From positions 93 through 64,092 of the forward strand of contig JAXMHI010000003.1 of the NCBI GenBank assembly GCA_046346885.1: a stretch of 64,000 bases of DNA. Reading direction: 5' to 3'. Source of the DNA: a bacterium (GTDB taxonomy: Bacteria > UBA10199 > JADFYH01). Below are positions 60,929-64,000 of this stretch, one piece after another. A program made the position numbers and the translations under genes. The notes beneath the pieces are model-generated. The model made no database searches and was not told the DNA's origin. It worked only from the letters and a program-made list of their open reading frames with translations. The first letter of the stretch is position 1, and each line of letters begins with the position of its first letter.

Positions 60929-61025
60929 TTTGGTTTTCCTCGCTTTGGTAATAGGATAATGAATTTGCCTGACGCGAAGAAAAAACTATAACAAGGGAGT
61001 TTCTTATTTCAAAGGGGAAATTCCG

Positions 61026-61835
61026 ATGGGAAAAGTCTTAAAAAAGAGGCTCTTTCACTGCCTGAATTGGGTCCGTGAGGGAGCGGTCGCCGAGATCCGC
61101 TTGAATCGCCCGGAGGCGCTGAACGCCTTTAACGTCGAATTGGCCGAAGAATTGGGCCGGGCTTTGAACCGGGCGGCAAAAGAGAAAGAGGTGCGCGCCG
61201 TCGTGATTCGGGGAGAGGGCCGCGCTTTTTCGGCGGGCGGGGATTTGAAGATGTTCCACCGCATGCTTCCCCGCGCGGACCGAGGTTTCCATAAAATCAG
61301 CGCCTTGCTTCACTCGGCCGTCAAGACGATCCGCACGATGCCCAAACCGGTGATCGCCGGCGTTCACGGCCCCGCCTTCGCGGCGGCCTTCGGGCTCACC
61401 CTCGCCTGCGATCTGATTTTGGCCTCCGAATCGTCTACCTTTTCCGCTTCCTACATCAATGTGGCCCTGACTCCCAACGGCAGTGCGACGCTTTACTTGC
61501 CGCGTCTCGTCGGATGCCACCGGGCCTCCGAATTGTTTTTTACGGGACGGGTGCTGACGGCGAAGGAAGCCTTGCAATGGGGGATTGTGAACCGGGTCGT
61601 GAAAGACGGGAAATTCGAAAAAGCCCTTTCGGATTGGGCCCGCGATTTGGCATCCCGCCCGACTTTGAGTATCGGCCGCACGAAAGAATTGCTCAACCGC
61701 TCGTTAAGCCTTCCCATCGTCTCCCATCTGGAAGCGGAGAAGAATGCGATCGCCTGGTCCTCCACCACCCCCGATTTTACGGAAGGGGTGAGTGCTTTCG
61801 TAAAGAAACGAAAGCCGCAATTCAAGGGGCGTTAA
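61026..61835 (+). CDS. Enoyl-CoA hydratase/isomerase family protein
   Basis: 269 aa. Crotonase-fold motifs FSAGGDLK and the GPAFAAAFGL oxyanion-hole region. Confidence 0.88.
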   Translation: MGKVLKKRLFHCLNWVREGAVAEIRLNRPEALNAFNVELAEELGRALNRAAKEKEVRAVVIRGEGRAFSAGGDLKMFHRMLPRADRGFHKISALLHSAVKTIRTMPKPVIAGVHGPAFAAAFGLTLACDLILASESSTFSASYINVALTPNGSATLYLPRLVGCHRASELFFTGRVLTAKEALQWGIVNRVVKDGKFEKALSDWARDLASRPTLSIGRTKELLNRSLSLPIVSHLEAEKNAIAWSSTTPDFTEGVSAFVKKRKPQFKGR

Positions 61836-61856
61836 AAACGGAAATTCGCGTACGTT

Positions 61857-62120
61857 TTACCGGAAGTACGCAAATAAACTCGAAATGAAGCCTTGATTTT
61901 GAGAGGCGGTTAATTCACGAAAACGATTCAAAACGTCCTCTCGGCTGGTTCCGCAAGGGGCGACCACGTCGTAGCTGATGCCGAGTTCTTCGTTTTCTCC
62001 GTAGATGTGGCGGGGTTCTCCGCAAATGCTGGGATCGAAGTCGTCTGAATGGTCGTTTTGGGAATGGTTTTGAACGGGCGGGATGTTATTGCGATCGTTC
62101 TGTGCAATGGCGGCGGCCAT
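61857..62120 (-). CDS. Hypothetical small protein (87 aa)
   Basis: ATG preceded by GAGGAGG at ideal spacing. No recognisable motif. Confidence 0.5.
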   Translation of the reverse strand: MAAAIAQNDRNNIPPVQNHSQNDHSDDFDPSICGEPRHIYGENEELGISYDVVAPCGTSREDVLNRFRELTASQNQGFISSLFAYFR

Positions 62121-62297
62121 AATTCCTCCTCAAGAGATTTTGTCTCTCTCCAACCAACAAGCTTTATCGGCAGTCTCGGCGAAAAGTTGCGGACCGGGAC
62201 TAAGAAAATTGCCTGATTCGAAACGACCGCAACTTCTTAAAATGTGATCCGATATGGCTTTTCGAGGCGGGCTTAGATTTTACCTAGGGGCATAGGT

Positions 62298-63689
62298 ATG
62301 AAATCTAATCCCGCCTTTTATTTTGGGGTCGGCGAAAATTCGGAAAACATTCTCACGCGGTCCTCTAACCTTTCCCAAGCTCCTTCCTTTACGGCGGCTC
62401 AAGAAGGAGCCGATCGAGCGGTTTCTTCTTTTTTGGAAGGCGCGACGGCAGATCCTGACGTTGTTCGCCGATGTCATGGGCGGCCTTGCCTACCGATTCG
62501 GCCGAATCGGTACCCTACTACTCACTTCATTTCAGGAACCGAAGCGGTCTTTTTCCTTTTGGTTCGGGGCGGTTCTTGCCTGGCAGGATTCGGGACTGAA
62601 TCCATGGTTTTCGCAGGGTGCAGCAGGCGTTGAAAAAGCGGAAGGCAAAACTCCCGTCTTAAGCTTTTCACAAGTGGGCTCACGCTGCGCTCACTTTTGG
62701 CTCCTCTTAAAATCCTACCCGCCTTATTTCAGGAGCAAATTTTTCCCCTTCGCCATCTTCTCGCCGATGTCGGCATGATTGCGGGAAGCCATTTGGCATA
62801 CAGTTGAGGCAGGGAGAAACCGAGGAGAGATTGTTTCAGCATTTTTCCTGGCGGGAACGATGAATTGGCAGATGAAGGCGGGCTTGAGGTTTCTATACGG
62901 CGCCGCGCGGTTCGTCGCGTTTGAAGCCGCTTTGGATCTTGAGATCCGTTCGAGGGAATTAAATTTGCCGGTCGGCAAAAGGGCTTTCCGTACTTTTCTT
63001 CGCGGTGAAACAAGGAGCGTTTGAAATTCGCCTACTACCTTTTAAATGTCGGCGGAAGGAGAGGAGGCGGTTCTGGGAAAAAAAGCGGGGGCGGGATTGA
63101 AAAAAATTCCCGCTCCATCAACCCCGATGAATATTCGGAAACCATCTTGAAACTTGCAGCACTGGAACATTGGGAGACCAATCCCGAAGGGAAAATCGAG
63201 ACTCGTTCGTTTGAGGGGATGCTTTCCTCCGATTGCTTGAGCGCCGTCTACACCTCGGGGCCCGGCATTTACCTCTCCAGTTGCGGCGTTCGAATTCCCA
63301 TTCGCGATTTCCAGGCCTTCTGGGACGCCGCCCACTCCCGTGCTTCCGCCCCCAAGACCTTCCAAGAACTGAAAGGATACTATTTCATGGCGGAAATTGG
63401 GAACGAGAGGATCAGGCGTTCCGCTCCCATTTCAGGAACAGGCGGAAGACACATCCATCGGAGAGCGGTCGAAGAATACCGACGGGGAGACGCGGAAGCC
63501 GCCGTCCGGTGGTTGAAAGGAGAGTTGAAACCCTTCGTCGGTAATATTTACGGGGATTCGTTGAATTCCTTCGCCCCTTGGGTTGCCTTTGGTTTGGGAT
63601 TAGACCTTATTCTTGACCCCCGAGTGGCCCATGCGGCGGCGCTGGTTTCGGAGCATTCCTTTCTCCTTCCCTTTTACCCCTCGGGCTGA
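62298..63689 (+). pseudogene. Family copy P5: N-terminal module scattered over at least 4 frames, followed by an open 222-codon C-terminal part
   Basis: Module blocks occur in different frames: RAVSSFLEGATA (frame of 62298), LFADVMGGLAYRFGRIGTLLL (frame of 62323), ADVGMIAGSHLAYS (untracked frame), LFQHF / FLAGTMNWQMKAGL. ORF 63021..63689 continues as the cargo region. Confidence 0.6.
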
Positions 63690-64000
63690 CGACGCTCGCT
63701 TTGGGAGGATGTTTCATTGGGCGGCCGGGAAAATAAAGATGCTGTCTAGGGATGCGATCGGGAGAAGAGAAACCCTTAGTTGCCGAAATTAGCAGCCCTA
63801 TCGGACCTCCGTTCAGCGAATCTTAGGGAACGAACGAGGATCCACTGCTTCAAAGTGGTTCCAATCCCGGGTATCACGGGAACGGGATCCTTAAGAAAAT
63901 CGTCTTGAATCGGCGGGTAACCGTCGAAGGATTTGAATCCGGGTTCGGAAATTGGGCCTGCTTTCATCAACGGTAAGTTAGAGGTCCATCCGAATCACCG

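Overview
This 64-kb window is a gene-dense chromosomal segment of about 55% GC from a Gram-negative bacterium. The gene content suggests a delta-proteobacterial, Bdellovibrionota or Myxococcota-like lineage, but that is a low-confidence guess. I support about 50 CDS and one tRNA-Asn(GTT). I saw no rRNA, CRISPR array, transposase or integrase. Recognisable housekeeping genes are groES-groEL, tgt-yajC-secD-secF-recJ, queA, queC-X-queE-dgt, acnA, a class-I DAHP synthase, pepA, an enoyl-CoA hydratase, a tandem Usp protein, DedA, a PHP phosphoesterase, a rhodanese and a Nuc/PLD nuclease. Three things go beyond this backbone. (1) A five-copy protein family shares a roughly 215-aa Gly/Ala-rich N-terminal module that I do not recognise. 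It follows a Ser-rich leader with no signal peptide and is fused to unrelated C-terminal parts: a 1650-aa region with HTH motifs, a Hanks kinase plus FGE/SUMF1-like domain, a 440-aa unknown region, one degenerate copy, and one copy cut by the window edge. (2) There is a local sigma54 circuit. Two giant fusion regulators combine a Ser/Thr kinase, a P-loop NTPase, TPR repeats, a GAF domain, a sigma54 AAA+ domain and an HTH. Five near-identical -24/-12 promoters (TGGCA[TA]-N5-[TC]TGC[TA]) sit about 40 nt upstream of genes for secreted or unknown proteins and of one candidate small RNA. Most of these promoters have an ACA-N3-TGT palindrome 70-110 nt upstream. (3) Three tight clusters of frameshifts affect one regulator, tgt-yajC and one family copy. 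Local sequence error explains these better than gene decay. All calls rest on reading the translations and the DNA by eye; no database search was run.
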